Part shown: positions 1 through 15,677 of the stretch, piece after piece
Layout of the letters: the number at the start of each line of letters is the position of its first letter
How positions within the stretch are numbered: the stretch's first letter is position 1
Source: Octopus vulgaris
Taxonomy: Eukaryota
Length of the DNA: 64,000 bases
Assembly: GCA_951406725.2 (NCBI GenBank)
Contig: OX597815.1
Coordinates: forward strand, 76,632,001-76,696,000
Direction: 5' to 3'
The notes under the pieces: generated by a model
Told to the model about the DNA's origin: nothing
What the model saw: only the letters and a program-made list of their open reading frames with translations
The model's database searches: none
Position numbers and translations under genes: made by a program

Positions 1-383
1 GATATATGTGTATATATTATATGTATATGTGTATATGTGTGTATGTGTATATATGGAGCAAATCAGCTGTATAATTTCTAAGTGGATGTAGATATATGTG
101 TATATATTATATGTATATGTGTATGTGTGTGTATGTGTATATACACACATGTGCGCCCCCCACATGCATATATATTCTTTTATTCTTTAACTTGTTCTAG
201 TCATTTGACTTCGGCCATGCTGGAGCACCGCCTTAAAAAGTGTTAGTCGAAGAAATCAACCCTAGAACTTATTTTTTTAAAGTTTGTTACTTATTCTATC
301 GATCATCTTTACTACACCGCTAAGTTACGGGGACATAAACACACCAGCATCGGCTGTCAAGTGATGGCAGAGGCAAAGACGCA

Positions 384-404
384 GACACACACACACACAC
401 ACAA

Positions 405-467
<63 letters not shown>

Positions 468-468
468 T

Positions 469-519
<51 letters not shown>

Positions 520-580
520 ATTATATATATATAAATATATATAAATATAAATATAAATATATATATATATGTATAAACAC

Positions 581-669
<89 letters not shown>

Positions 670-675
670 CACATA
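384..675. repeat. Compound (CA)n/(TA)n microsatellite, representative of dozens in the window
   Basis: Similar tracts at e.g. 1077-1380, 2557-2672, 3300-3380, 3510-3690, 5135-5295, 7635-7790, 11860-11980, 47140-47310 and 48160-48288; they explain most ORF-track entries. Confidence 0.98.
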
Positions 676-774
676 TGACGGGCTTCTTCCACTTACAAGG
701 CATTGGTTGGGAAGCAAGCTAGTTACCACACACCCACACCTACATGCATACCTACATAGATGATATATATACAT

Positions 775-1026
775 ATCGTAAAATATATTTGCCAACTAAA
801 TGTGACTGTCCCATAGAGGACGATGTTACTGTTGTTTTTAGGTTCGGGTCTGTGTGTATCGCGTAAGGCTAGAGATGGGAGCGATGACCTCTCCTCGCAG
901 ATACTAATCGGACACAGATAGGGTGTCGTTAGCCAGATGGAGGAGATGCCTTCCTGGAGCTAAAAACAACAGTAACATCGTCCTCTATGGGACCGCCACA
1001 CTTAGTTGACAAATATATTTTACGAT
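775..1026. repeat. Inverted repeat (~65-bp arms) around a ~120-bp spacer
   Basis: cccatagaggacgatgttactgttgtttttag vs ctaaaaacaacagtaacatcgtcctctatggg. Confidence 0.8.
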
Positions 1027-1074
1027 TCCGTACTATTACTGTTTTCCTCTCGTTCGGAGATTTAATATAGCCTA

Positions 1075-1138
<64 letters not shown>

Positions 1139-1350
1139 TAAAACCTTCATATATCCGTGTGTGTGTGTGTGTGTGTGTATCATATACACATATATGTAAC
1201 CAAAGGGAACTTGAAACGACTCATTCGAACTCTTCATGGCTATGTATATATGTGTGTGTATATATGTCTGTATCTTTGTATATCTATGTAAATGTACGTA
1301 CGTACGTATGTATGTATGTATGTATGTATGTATGTATGTATGTATGTATG

Positions 1351-1381
<31 letters not shown>

Positions 1382-1997
1382 GCATGCAAATATATGTGCA
1401 TGAATGTATGTACATTTTGTATATATGTCCATATGTATGTGTGCATGCTTGCACGTATGTATGTGTGTTTTAGTTATATTTTTCAAATTTAAACACCATC
1501 AATTGGTTAGGCGTGGTGTATGTCTCCTGTATATATGTATGCAATATTGCCTTAGTACAAGAGTCATGGCAAATCCGACTGTGACATTCTGCCCAGTTAT
1601 ATGCCACAGGTAGTAATATACAGCTCGACGTAAACTGGTCCACTACTTGCATTTAGCGTGATCATTTTCTGAATTACCAATCACGTCTATCTTTCACTCA
1701 GGACATTCCTTGGTTTCTCGAAGAACTAGTAACTAATATCTTCGATTGAAAAAATTCTGCATTTTAAAATTTTCTTATTTCTCTCTTTCCGACGACTGAA
1801 TACTTAGCCTATGTTTACTAAATAACAAATGATTCTCATTCTTAGCTATTCTAGAAACAGCTGTAAGAGACGTTACGTATTTATTATACCTACTTGCATT
1901 ATGTTTATATTATAAATTAAATGTTCTAGAGTGATGCCAAATGTTTTGCTTGCTCATTATCTGTTTTAACACACACACATGCATACACACAGACTCA

Positions 1998-2033
<36 letters not shown>

Positions 2034-2041
2034 GACAGACA

Positions 2042-2086
<45 letters not shown>

Positions 2087-2553
2087 ATACATACATAAAA
2101 TACTTTTTCATTTTCCCGAGCGTCAAACTAATACACTTGTTTGTTGTTCATACACCTGTCTTCGTCTTTCGTTTTTCTATAAATTTCAACTATATCTTAT
2201 ACGCTCACGTGGTTACCCCAGTTTGATCCCGCCTGAACTTCCTACTCTTTGGATTTGCATTTCTGAACCACTTCCCGAACTTTCAGCACCTCTCCTCATT
2301 GACATATTACCACTGGATCTACTGACTATACTTTCATGGATTTCACTGGATTTTTTCGTTGATGTAAATCGTTTCAATCTATCACGACTTTTGAACTTTT
2401 TGAACCTATTAAACTTTCAGAACTATTTTCTCTTATTCCTTTCTGTTGAAGAGCGTATGCTCGAAACGTAAAAAACTTTTTTCACTTCCCCGAGCGTCAA
2501 ATTTGCTTGTTGTTCATACACTTGTCTTCGTCTTTTGTTTTTCTATAAATTTC

Positions 2554-2675
<122 letters not shown>

Positions 2676-2707
2676 TCAAAATAAGCAACAAGAATGACTC
2701 CGGTAAT

Positions 2708-2793
2708 TTGGTACGATCGTTTCGTACTACATCATTTTATTAAATGTTGTAAGCATTGCAACAGTTTTAAAATGCTGAGTACTCATCAGCCAA
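2708..2793 (-). ncRNA. Type I hammerhead ribozyme motif (Penelope-associated type)
   Basis: - strand: UUGG CUGAUGA GUACU...AGUAC GAAAC GAUC GUA^ CCAA. Stems I, II and a palindromic minimal stem III all pair. Confidence 0.75.
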
Positions 2794-3159
2794 TTATAGC
2801 CAATTAATTACCGGAGTCACTCTTGTTGCTTATTTTGATTATAATCACCCCAAGGATTTTTATGGATAACACCATACAGAATTCTGGTGCATCTAAATTA
2901 AGTACCATATGCATTTGAATCTAAATTTTTGCTGAACTTATATATATATATATATACTCCCTCTCTCTCTCTCCCTCTCTTTCTCTCTCTTTCTGTATTT
3001 ATATATAAGGTATAAGTTAGAGCTGTTTAAACCCTCTAAGGGATAGATGTATCCAAAGGCACTCCTGGTAGTTACCTCAGTATGTATAGTCCTTGGTATG
3101 AGGTATACGGCAGCAGGTAATTTAAAAGGTAAACCGTAGTTTAATGTATATATATAGAC

Positions 3160-3293
3160 GATAAGAAAATGGAGGAAAAACAACAATGAGAAGTGTGTCT
3201 TTGGTGCTAAAAAGCCATTATTTAATTAGTTAAGCAAAATGGGCTTTTTAGCACCAAAGACACACGTCTCATTGTTATTTTTCCATCATTTTC

Positions 3294-3298
<5 letters not shown>
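3160..3298. repeat. Short foldback between microsatellites
   Basis: aacaatgagaagtgtgtctttggtgctaaaaagcc vs ggctttttagcaccaaagacacacgtctcattgtt. Confidence 0.8.
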
Positions 3299-3380
<82 letters not shown>

Positions 3381-3508
3381 GTTATTCTTAGTGGCATTTC
3401 TTCCGTTCAAATTTTGCCTTTCATCATTTCAGGGTCAATAAAATAAGTACCAATTGAAGACTAGGATCGATGCAATTGTCTTACCCCCTTTCCCAAACCG
3501 CTGGACTT

Positions 3509-3606
<98 letters not shown>

Positions 3607-3628
3607 GTATGTGTGTATGTGTGTATGT

Positions 3629-3688
<60 letters not shown>

Positions 3689-3699
3689 TTGTGTGCGTG

Positions 3700-4110
3700 T
3701 AGTAAAGACTACTAAATCTCTGCACGTCTCAGGTGAAATCGTCAATAGAATTCTGGACCGATATTTTGGGGGCCATGGCGTTACTACACTCATATACATA
3801 GATCGCACTCAGAAAAGGGCCTTCCGACTGATAAGCATGAAATCACTCAACAACACACTCCACCCTGTAATCCACAGACGTGTTGTATCACGTAACTGGC
3901 TGGTTTCGTGTCATCCCCACATTGTGTCCTCTTCTGAAGGTGCCACTTTAATTAGTTTACCTAGATTTACCTGCATTTGCCTTTTCTGCAGCCGTCGACT
4001 TGTAACTCTTCTGACAGATATTCATGTGTCAATGTTGTCAAGATCTCACAATCTATTTCCCCATACCAATCATATACGTAGTAGCTGGCAAACGAGTAAG
4101 ACTTTCTAGC
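3700..4110 (+). mobile_element. Degenerate LINE ORF2 C-terminal fragment
   Basis: YFGG...IDRTQKRAFRLI resembles the post-RT 'IWGG...LDRIQxRAxRLI' motif. Confidence 0.5.
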
Positions 4111-5127
4111 ATGTATCATGCTTTCGTTAATTGCTTTAGGTGCCTATGTAGTCACGAGCAAACATGGGCGCCCTCTCGACCCTCTCACATTTGCTAACAG
4201 TTCATCCAAGGCGCGACAGCTGGAGAGAAGAAGGGTTGCTAATTAATAGAGAGCAACGTGAATTGAAGTGCTCTGCTTAAGGAGACAACACGTCACCTTG
4301 TCCAGAAATCAAACCAATGTCCTTTAGGTCATGATCCCAACACACATAAGATCTCGCTCCTCCAAACCAATACCATAAAATAAAATAAAATAAAACCTGA
4401 AAATGCCAATGATATTTCATTTTAATTTGAATTAGACTGTATGTCTGCCACCGTACATTGCAATAATGGAAGTACTCCAAAATATCCGCTCACGATACAG
4501 TCAATTTAACCGTTTTGACTCTTCTCAAACTTCTGTAAATTTCAGGCATTCTCTCGTCGTGGTAAAATGAATTGAAAATTTTGAAACACTTTATCAAGAA
4601 ATATGATTTTATTTTGATTTCCGTTCCATTGGATGTAAGGGCTAGTGGATTCCAACAATGTTGTTTGTTTCCAATGCTTATTTCTGATTATGTACCCCTG
4701 AAAGTACGTAAATACAGCCAAAACTTTTGATAATCTGTGCTCAGATAATCGTCTTCCTCGTTTCCAATATGAAAGTCTATCTTTATTATAAAATTTTCAC
4801 AACAATGATAACTATGGAGACAAGTTGGCTTTATTGCTTTGGACTTCAAATGTCATAGAGTAAATAACAGATTTTGCTGAGATAAATTTTAGTCAAATTG
4901 TCTTTCAATAAACCGAAATGACTCAAAAATAGGTGACATCGCTGTTTACTTGCAGAAATCAACATCTAAGAAACAGTAGCACAAAACATCAGATAAACTG
5001 TTTTTAAAATCTTACAGCCCTGTACAATTCAAAACCATCACAGCACAAACATTTTTGATTATCATTAATATAACTTTAATTCACTACAAGTGTGACGCTT
5101 ATCTAACCGCCCCTTTTCTCTGACATT

Positions 5128-5162
<35 letters not shown>

Positions 5163-5169
5163 ATACACA

Positions 5170-5299
<130 letters not shown>

Positions 5300-5919
5300 C
5301 ACATTGCAATCAATCATTCCTTTCCCAATCTCCTAAAACTGAACAGTCTGAGATTTGACCACACTCCTTGTGACTGCTGTTAAAGAAACAGACTTTGACT
5401 CCCACCTTATAGAGCAGTCACAATATTGGCTTCAAATTTTTGCCCAAGGCCAGCAATTGCGATGGAAGGGGGCAACTCGATTACGTCAACCACAGCATTT
5501 AACTGGTACTTGATCGACCCCGTAAAAATGAAAGGCAATGTAAATCTCGATGGACTCTGAACTGAGAACCTGAACACATACGAAATGCCGTTATTTATCT
5601 CGCCGGCGAGCTAAAGATTCTGCCAGTTCGCTACCTTAAGCTCGCTACCTTATTGATTGAATTGATGGTAGTCTCTCTCTCGACGGCTCTGCAGATTCTT
5701 GCTAAACAACTTGCTCAAAGGTTGCTTTGTTTATAAAGTGATCAAATCCTTGTGCTGAACATTAACCTCCTCTTTCGAATCGATATTACATGAACAAGTG
5801 CATAGTGTACCACATTTGACGAAGTAAATCCCAGGCAACGTGAGATGAAGTGTTTTGTTCAAGAACACAACGTACCAGCCGGTCCAGGAATTGAAACTAC
5901 TGACCATGCGCACTCATAG

Positions 5920-5974
<55 letters not shown>

Positions 5975-6273
5975 GTATATATATCTTTTATCTTTTACTT
6001 GTTTTAATCAAACAAATTGTCCCCAGGACTTTTTTAAAGCCTAATACTTATTCTATCGAACTTTTTCGCCGAACTGCTCGCTTACAGGGCCGTAAATGCA
6101 CCAACACCGGTTATTAAACGGTGGTGGGGGAAAACACAGATTCAAACACATACGCACACACACGCACGCACGCACACACACACGCGCACACGCACACGCG
6201 ACGGGCTTCTTTCAGTTTCTGTCTACCAAACCTACTCAAGGCTTTGGTCAACCTGAGGTTATAGTAGAAGACT

Positions 6274-6898
6274 CAGTGGCAGCTCATTTATAGGCACTAC
6301 AGAACTGCAGCACCCCTATTTCCACTTGATATCATCGATAACATTCAATATAACGAGTCTATGAGTTTATGAAAAAAATCCAACAATCCTTGTATAGAAC
6401 TGTGCGCTTCATCATTCCAGCGACGCGTTGTTTGGCTGCTGTTCGCATGCTCACATGTCCGAGATAGGAAGCTTCACGTTAGGGAGAGAGAGAGCTGTCG
6501 TTCACGCAGTGCCGGTGAGAGGTAGTGTTTCCTTTTGGCTCCGCGTATGTTGTGCTTAAAAACATGTTTATATTCTTGAATGTGATAAAGTGTAGAATAA
6601 GATTATTATCCTGCTTCCAGCTTCAGTGTTGCTGTCAGGATTTGAGAAATAGGGAAGATTCCCCACCACACCACTATTTTGTGATTTAGGGGAGAATTTT
6701 ATAAAACAAGAGGGAATTCACGGCAGTGTTCAGTGAACGAATTAAACACACTACCTGGCAGTGGCTAAAACACGAACCAATCAAGTTTATGCATAAATTT
6801 TCTTTTTATATGTTAGTTTCCTTTTACGCAATATTAAAAGAATGGCTAAATTTTTCTGAAGCTGCACCCTTACTAATTTTATCTACGAGCCGCCTCTG
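6274..6898. mobile_element. MITE-like insertion interrupting a SINE
   Basis: Imperfect TIRs cagtggcagctc / gagccgcctctg with subterminal ctgcagcaccc / gctgcaccc motifs. SINE sequence resumes on both sides. Confidence 0.5.
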
Positions 6899-7631
6899 CA
6901 CTTGCTCAAGGTGTCACCCAGTGGGACTTAACCCGGAACCACATGGTTGGGAAGTAAGATTCTTACTACAGAGCCACACCTGCACCTAATATATGTATAA
7001 ACTCATTAACTCTCTACCACGCACTCTTAGTATCACCTGCGTTCAGTCCAGATACCTCATAATGAATGAGGTTTCTATAAATATTTCCCCATGTTATGTA
7101 ATTTACATATACCTGCTCTTCTACTTGGTTTAGTGTTTTATCTGAATTAACGAGACATACTTGTTTCGTTAAAACTTCGCAGAATAAGTCAACTGTGAAT
7201 TTTCAGTTGTTTATATAAAATACGCTCTTTATCGTCTTTTCTGCATGATTGCTTACTTTAGAAATACAAACGCTCAGATAACTGAAAAAGTGTTAAAATG
7301 TCCTTTAACGTTCTTTCACGGTAGATTTAAATACCAAACAAAAAAAAAATCTTTTAGAAATGTTAAAAAGGTGGAAATTTATGGTTTTACTAAACGATTT
7401 GTTTATCATGTACTTAGCGATGGAATGTTGTAGCAGATTCACGTTTTCTGCCTTGCCAACCTGTGTCGCGTTATAGGTGTTGTGTTAAGTCTTTTAACTA
7501 GATATTAAAAATTCTGTCTCCTGTTTGGAAGGATGAGGGATACTACTCGGTCAGAAATATGACTTATCCTTGCCTACATTATTTTAAGTGGCCGGATATA
7601 ACTTCTTTCGAACTTATCACCCACTGGAATA

Positions 7632-7744
<113 letters not shown>

Positions 7745-8975
7745 TGTATGTATGTATGTATGTATGTATGTATGTATGTATGTATGTATTTGTTTGTGCA
7801 TTTAAGCCTGTTTTAATTCGACCGAGTGCTTTCATTGCAAATATGGTCTGGGGCAACATTTTACAACTCCACATGTGTTTGCCGGTGTAGAACGAGGTCT
7901 GTGGAGGCGCAATGGCCCAGTGATTAGGGCAGCAGACTCACAGTTTCTATTCCCGGACCGGGCGTTGTGAGTGTTTATTGAGTGAAAACACCTAAAGCTC
8001 CACGAGGCTCCGGCAGGGGGCGGTTGTGAACCCTGCTGTACACTTTCACCACAACTTTCTCTCACTCTTTCTTCCTGTTTCTGTTGTACTTGTATTTCAA
8101 AGTACCACCATTATCACAGTCTGTGTCATGCTGAATCTCCCCGAGACATACGTTAAGGGTACGCGTGTCTGTGGAGTGCTCAGCCACTTGCACGTTAATT
8201 TCACGAGCAAGCTGTTCCGTTGATCGGATCAACTGAAACCCTTGTCGTAGTAACGGAGTGTCACGAGAATGCGGTCTAGATTTTGTAGCTCAAATATTCT
8301 TCTTTTTGTTTTTCTCAGCATGAAATAAAGCTCATAAGACAGACTAATTAGATTTAGTCAATATACAACAAAATTTATCTCTTAGGTTTTATTAGATGTA
8401 TTGGTAACCTAACTTGAAATTCGGACCTATATCTATTCTTTTCTACTCTAGGTACGAGGCTTGGAATTTTTGAGGAGAGGTCCAGCCGATTAGATCAATC
8501 CCACTACGCAACTGGTACTTAATTTATCGACCCCGAAAGGATGAAAGGCAAAGTAGACCTCGGCGGAATTTGAACTAAGAACGTAAAGACAGACGAAATA
8601 CCGCTAAGCATTTTGCCCGGTGTGCTAACGTTTCTGCCAGCTCCCCGCCTTTCGAACCTAGATCTGTTGATTTTTGCCTAGCTACATATAAGGTGCAACA
8701 GCGACGCCGAATAAAATGTCCGGCAGACAGAAATCTATTTGTATTTTAAATTTTATTTAGGTTGAAGAGGAGAGATAGAAATCAATGTTTCGAAGGCGAC
8801 TCCTGGTCACGAACATTCACACTGCTTAGTATAAGCAAAGCCATAATTTAGGCTTGTTGCGAGCTGGGTTACAAAAACAACAGTTCAACAAAACTGGAAA
8901 AAACAAGACGTAAATCAACAAATTGAAAAAAAAAAATTACAGACTCCCGAAAACGCGACCAACGGCTCCAGACAC

Positions 8976-9010
<35 letters not shown>

Positions 9011-10539
9011 TTGATGATTGATGTGTGGGATACAGAATATGTGGCGAGAGGAAGACAAGAATTTGCATCGGGTGGGTTTGGGCAAAGAGGCATTTTGACC
9101 AAGAATCTCTCTTGGAACAAATATGTTCAGTCCATTGCCATGTCGGCTGTCAAAGTGTTTAGATTTTTCCGTGCTCGCAAATTTCTTACGTTTGAGAGTA
9201 TCTTCTAGCTCTATAAGGCCACCATTCAACTTTGAATAAAATATTGCTATCATCTTTTGGCTTGTGCCTCCTCTGAGAGTCTTAACTTGCTTGATCGAAT
9301 TCAGAATCCAGTTGTTAACATGGTTGGTCCTATTCTTTTTACTAGGTTGGAGATTTTGGTCATCGTCGAAATGTATCTTCGTTGTGTCCATTCTACACGT
9401 ATTTCTATGGTCATTGCTTTGATGAACTTCTTGGTCTCGTACCTTCTGTCAAAACCTTTAAGCGTAACACTAATTTCTCTGTCTAGGCGCATAGTTTCTT
9501 TGATGAGCTTCCTGTTAGTCATATATCTTCTTACTCTACTAACTTGTTTCCTCAGACTTGTGCTCTTTAGAATTCCTTTGCATTATCTTCTCTGGATTAT
9601 GATATTCAGTCCTTTAAACTTTCTGTCTATCGACATCTTTTGTATAAATATGCCTTTCTTTTCCTTCGTTGTAGTCCTTACACTACAGCGGTCTCAAGCC
9701 TTGTTTGACACAAAATCGATTAACAAAACAAAACAAAAAAAAAAAGAAAAAGAAAAAAAGTAACTTCAGAGAATCAGACTCAATTGTAGAGAAAAACAAA
9801 ACAAAACAAAAGCAACAAAACAACGCGTTTGCGAGTAAATGATGGAAACCTAACCTCAGAGCTAAACTCCTACTTCTATAGTAGTTTGTGAGAGAATGAT
9901 ACTATGAAATCGTTTCTTAGTACGAAAAACAAAGACAAGTAATAAAGATGGTTCAGCGAACTAAAACCCTATTTATAATTGTCTTCATTTCTTCACATTC
10001 TGTGTTGAATCCTCGCTTGGGGTCTACTTTATCTTATACTAATTCAGGATCAATTAAATCGTTTCCATCTTACACTTGAATTGTTCAAAGTTTTTTATAT
10101 ATCTTATTAATAATGCCTCTTGCCTAAAAATAGCAAAATATCTAATTAATTTCTTATCAGTTCGATTAAAGTATAGTTAGGGTGAAGAATTTCAGAGGAA
10201 CTGATACTAATGGTAGCCCTTGTATAATGCTGGTGACTTGATTGAATCTAATTATGACAATTTCGTCATCAAATGATCTATTGTTGGCGCAGTATAATTA
10301 ATACAAATGTTATTAGACAGTTGAAACATGTCATATATTAACCAATACAATAAATAATTAAAAAAATAAGACACTGAAGTCTTTCATAACGTTCGTTTGT
10401 GCTATTCTGTAACCGAACATTTCCTTCTACATGCTCACTGTGGCAAAAATATTTTGCAATGCGTTTGTTCTGGTGATATAACATGACCGTCGTTAGCATA
10501 GGATAAATGTGAATATTGGGGTAAGAATACATGATCTAG

Positions 10540-11120
10540 AATCTAAACGTTTGAGGGTTTGTGCTGTTGGAAAAGGTGGAACATTTTGCTTAGGCGGTTC
10601 AAGAGGAATTCATTGAGCTTTTGGTGTATCTACTAAAAATAATGTCATGTAGATTTCCAACTAAATTTGGTAGCTGAAACCCTCGCTAAAACGTTCTTAC
10701 GAAGTATAGTGAAGGTTCTACTAACTTTGGCATTTCTGCTTCATCGCCAGTGTGGGCTATTCTTGAAAGAATAATTTCAAAGTAAGTGAAACCACCAACT
10801 GCTATTCTTAAAGTGATTTTAGGTATCACGTATTCCTTATGAGCAAATGGTTGGTACATGACTTCGTTTTTTAACCGTTGATGGTAAAAACGAAATCCTT
10901 GCTGTCTGAGGAGCACCATTGATGTATTTGTGACAATGAGCCTGCATTGAGAACACAAGCACCTGCAAACACGAAATCGTGTACCGTCCTGCTTCGCCTT
11001 CCTTTGCTTGGAGCCTCTCAAACGGCAGATCAAACTCTTCATTCAAGAAAATTATTTTGAATTCTCTACATGCTGACATTTTCCCTATCGTTACGAACCG
11101 GTTGCCAAGAATCTACAAGG
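10540..11120 (-). mobile_element. Degenerate RTE-clade LINE reverse transcriptase fragment
   Basis: Across frames: RLQAK, DFVFAGACVLNAGS, EVMYQP...YVIPKIT, FTYFEIILSR. These match RTE motifs (RLQAK, LLFADDCAL, KTEVMYQP, FTYLGSTLS). Confidence 0.75.
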
Positions 11121-11866
11121 GTCATGGACACATAACACTTCTTCCTTTCTTTATCTTATAAAATGAAATCCATATGCTCAATGGTGTGATATGAAATATT
11201 TCTTTCTCACATTACCTCCAACGCACTCACCTCTCTTTCAGAAATATTATGAACTATCAATAAAGGTAAAAATATCGTATATTTCGTCAGAGGGTTCTAA
11301 AATAAAGACAACAATTTTAAAAAATTTCTTTCTTCATTTATGTGATCTATGCCAAAATTTGAGATTCTCATCTAGTATTTTATCAAACATGGATTTTTTT
11401 TTCTCTTTTAGAAAAGACGATATCAGTAAATGGGAAGTAAGCAAAATATAACCTTTAACATAATCCAAACAAGTTTGTAATGTAAGGGAAATAACTACAC
11501 CCATTTTTCAAGGGAGATAATTCTAAAATCGTTCGCTTTACTGTTATACGAGGTTAAGTTAAAATCTATACACATTCTTGTTACTGTAATTAATTAAAAC
11601 AAAAGCAGAGCTGAACAATTGTATCAGTTTTCGATATAATCTCCTTGCACTCCTTCAGCGGTCCGCTAGCAGGGACATATTGTTTGTGATGCATTTTGCT
11701 TATTTATCCACATTTCAAAGTCAAATATTGTTGTTGTTATCATAGTGTCTAATGAGCAATATATCATAATATTACATTTAATTTGTTATTTTAAATAGGA
11801 GACAAAGATAAAAAAGAAAAAAAAAACTGTACAGATACATCTATTGCCTGCTGCCCTGATATATAT

Positions 11867-11933
<67 letters not shown>

Positions 11934-11935
11934 TA

Positions 11936-11984
<49 letters not shown>

Positions 11985-12053
11985 TCGGGGTGAGTACTTG
12001 ATAATTAGAAGCACCTGTGTATACCGTTTGGTGGTGTAGGTGGTGGAGTAAAT

Positions 12054-12502
<449 letters not shown>

Positions 12503-12532
12503 ATATATATATATATAGATGTATATGTATAT

Positions 12533-12860
12533 GGAGGTGCAATGGCCCAGTGGATGGAGACGCAATGGCCCAGTGGTTAGGGCAGCGGACTCACGGTCGT
12601 AGGATCGCGGTTTCGATCCCAGACCGGGCGTTGTGAGTGTTTATTGAGCGAAAACACCTAAAGCTCCACGAGGCTCCGGCAGGGGGAGGTGGCGATCCCT
12701 GCTGTACTCTTTCGCCACAACTCTCTCTCACTCTTTCTTCTGTTGGCCTGCTCGCTTAGCCAACGGGGTGGCGTCATTTGAAGGCTAAAATAATGCGAAG
12801 CGCATTGTGACCAGCGATGTGTAGCAATCTGATAGCCTAGTCGGTCACGGTGATCACGGT
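12533..12860 (+). mobile_element. tRNA-derived SINE, second family
   Basis: gcaatggcccagtggttagggcagcggactc...ggtttcgatccc (A/B boxes). Similar heads at ~7903-8266 and ~50510-50610. Confidence 0.8.
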
Positions 12861-15677
12861 AATATGTATATACATATATATATATATATATATATAATTA
12901 CAAAGGGTAAAATTAATCAATTAAGAAGTAATCAATAATTTCACCAAGTAGAATTCGGTATGAAAAAAGGACAATTTCACGGCAAACTTAAGTAATACTA
13001 ATAAAAGGGTTCAGCAAAGATTTGCTGAACCCTTTTTTTAGTATATATATATATATATACATATGTATATGTATGTATGTATATGTATGCGTGTGTATGT
13101 GTGCAGGTTGTAAATGGAACCATTAAATGAAACCAATAAAACCAAGTGAAATTATTTTTCGTTCATTGACATATTCTCATGGGTTTTAGCTTTTAGCCAT
13201 TTCTTTTTTTTTAAGGCTTGCTTTGAAATTTTGAAATAGAGATTTTTGTTTTACTTAAAACATTTGGATAAACGATAATATATGTGATTTAACAGAAAGT
13301 ATGATCGGCTTATTCAATTTGCTAATAACTGAGTGAAAGAGATATTGAACTAAGTTTATAGAAGGCAGAATCGGTTGAAAAATACTTAATTCGGTCGACA
13401 AAAAAGAGCACTGTCAAGAGATCTGAACGAAAAATAAAATGAATTTAGAAATCAGTATTTCTAAATACACGTTATTACGGACTACTTACAATAAACGGAA
13501 GTAAAAATATGTAGCCTGAACGAACATGTGGTTTCCACATGTGCGATTGTATTGCTTGCTATAGATGTTCTTTCATCCGTTAACTCAACTTAATGAAATA
13601 TCTAATACTTTACCAATACGAGCTAAAATTTCACATGTGTCATTTCTCTCATAGATTTTCAAAATGGCTTCATATAAAACGGTGTAAGATCGAAACTATT
13701 CAGTTTAGATTCATTTATAAAAAATTTTATTTTCAATATGTCTCAAGCTGGTCTACTCATTTACATCGTACTTGTTTCTGGACTGATTTAGATAATTACA
13801 GCTAAAATACTTCAAAAGAGATCTTCAAGATCATTCAAACCAAATTTGGGGCGTTCTTTAGAAATGTCTATTTATAGTAGACACGACCTTCCGACACACG
13901 ATAACTAATTTGATATTTCGTTTATTGTTTTCGTTTACTTACATTTTTATGGTGCAATGTCTACGTACCGCACATATTTTTGTTTGTTTTCATGTGGCTC
14001 ATTTTAAAGTCTACAGATGAGCTATGGGTGTCCAACTCTGTCAGCATGGTCTGTAGCTGCTCCCTGGTTTCTGCTATGAGTACAGTTTCATATGCGAATT
14101 TTGAATTCGAAATATTTTATTGTATCTCGGGGCTGGAGTGTTTTTTAGCCAATAATAAACATATTTAATTACACTTCTTTATATTTGTCAATTCATTAAA
14201 CATTTACACAATTAACTAATGGATTGTTTGATTAATAGTTCGAACAATCAATCAATCAGCTAGGGTTGTCAGAGTATTTTCGTCGCCATTCGTGTCCTTG
14301 TCAATGCCGTGCATTCTCTAGACCCGAGGAGAAAGAGAAACAAGCCTAATGCAGACTTGGGATTCAGGGGACTTGTTACTGGTAAGGTTATGAATACCGA
14401 CGAAGCGACTTTCACAAATCTGACTTATTGTTTGATTGACAGAAAGCTTTATCAAACAATCGATTAACTGGTTAAATGGTTAACCAATCGACTAATAACA
14501 ATTAAAGAAGTAAAACAGAACCAGTGCCTGTGTTTATTATTGACCGAGATACAACAAAAAATGTTTCCATTTACTTACATTTCAATTATAATTTTGATAT
14601 CATTGAAAATGAATTCGAAGTATCTCGTAGCTTGTAATGCGTTATGATCTACCAGAATCCACCCCTCTTTATACGACTGAAAATATTCAACGCCTATAAA
14701 ATTCCACCGGTCGTTCTATGCACTGAAGAGTCTTATATGTTTTTGCAGCATTCACCTACTCATTAATTCTTAAATCGTCTTCTTTGTCTAGGAATCTATC
14801 CAGATCTTTGGAAACATGCTACATATTGTATAATTAATATGTATCTCTGGTTTTAAACTTCCAAGAAATGAAAATAAAAGAGCATAATTGTCTTTTAATT
14901 GCCGATGTTTATAGTTTGCTTCAGCCGCTGTGTGGTTCAAGTTATTGTATATATCCAAGTAGTTCTATACGTTACTTGATTCCTAGACAGACCTTTTCTA
15001 CATTCATCTCTGAACATCTAAAATGATTTGTTTCATTATTTCGCACATAATGTGGGAATTTATTTTACTAATTTCGCAGTAAGCAATGTAAGAATGCCAC
15101 TGAAATATGATAAACAAATGTAACTTACGCCACACTAACTTCAACTAGGGTAAATAGAGACCTTGGTTCTTTGGTAAACAAATCTCCAGCTTGTCTCAGG
15201 GAGCAATCAAATGTGTAGCATTGTGTCACTGTTAGGAATAATAATTTATTATCGAAATACTAGAGGTTTCTCCTGACGAGGAATTTTCCATTACAAAGCA
15301 ATTTATGTTACTTGTAAACATTTTCGGATTACTTTCAAAAGCTGAGTAATAATTCAACTTTTCTGCCATTATTGATATTCAACAATAAAACATACGGTAA
15401 CATGGTTTGGTGTTTATTATATGACACCATATACATGACCAGTATTAAAGCGATCAAAAAGTTAATTATAAAAAGTTATAAACAAATTAACGAACCATTA
15501 CAATATGTTGAGCAACACATGACAAATAATTAAAGTAATCCGGGAAACATAATCCTCTTTCTATATCTTAATTTTATAAGGATTGATTTGGAAAATTTCA
15601 TGGCGTACATTTTCAGTAACTTATTCCACAAGCAAATACAAAATCATCTTCGTCATCATTATAGTTGGTGAGATATG

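Noticed and set aside
8870-9720. Overlapping ORFs of 73-168 aa
   Set aside because: Probably a decayed retroelement fragment plus (CAA)n; I could not assign a clade or a coherent protein.
10686-11079. Possible host gene or Helitron helicase exon
   Set aside because: Motifs across frames match a degenerate RTE reverse transcriptase.
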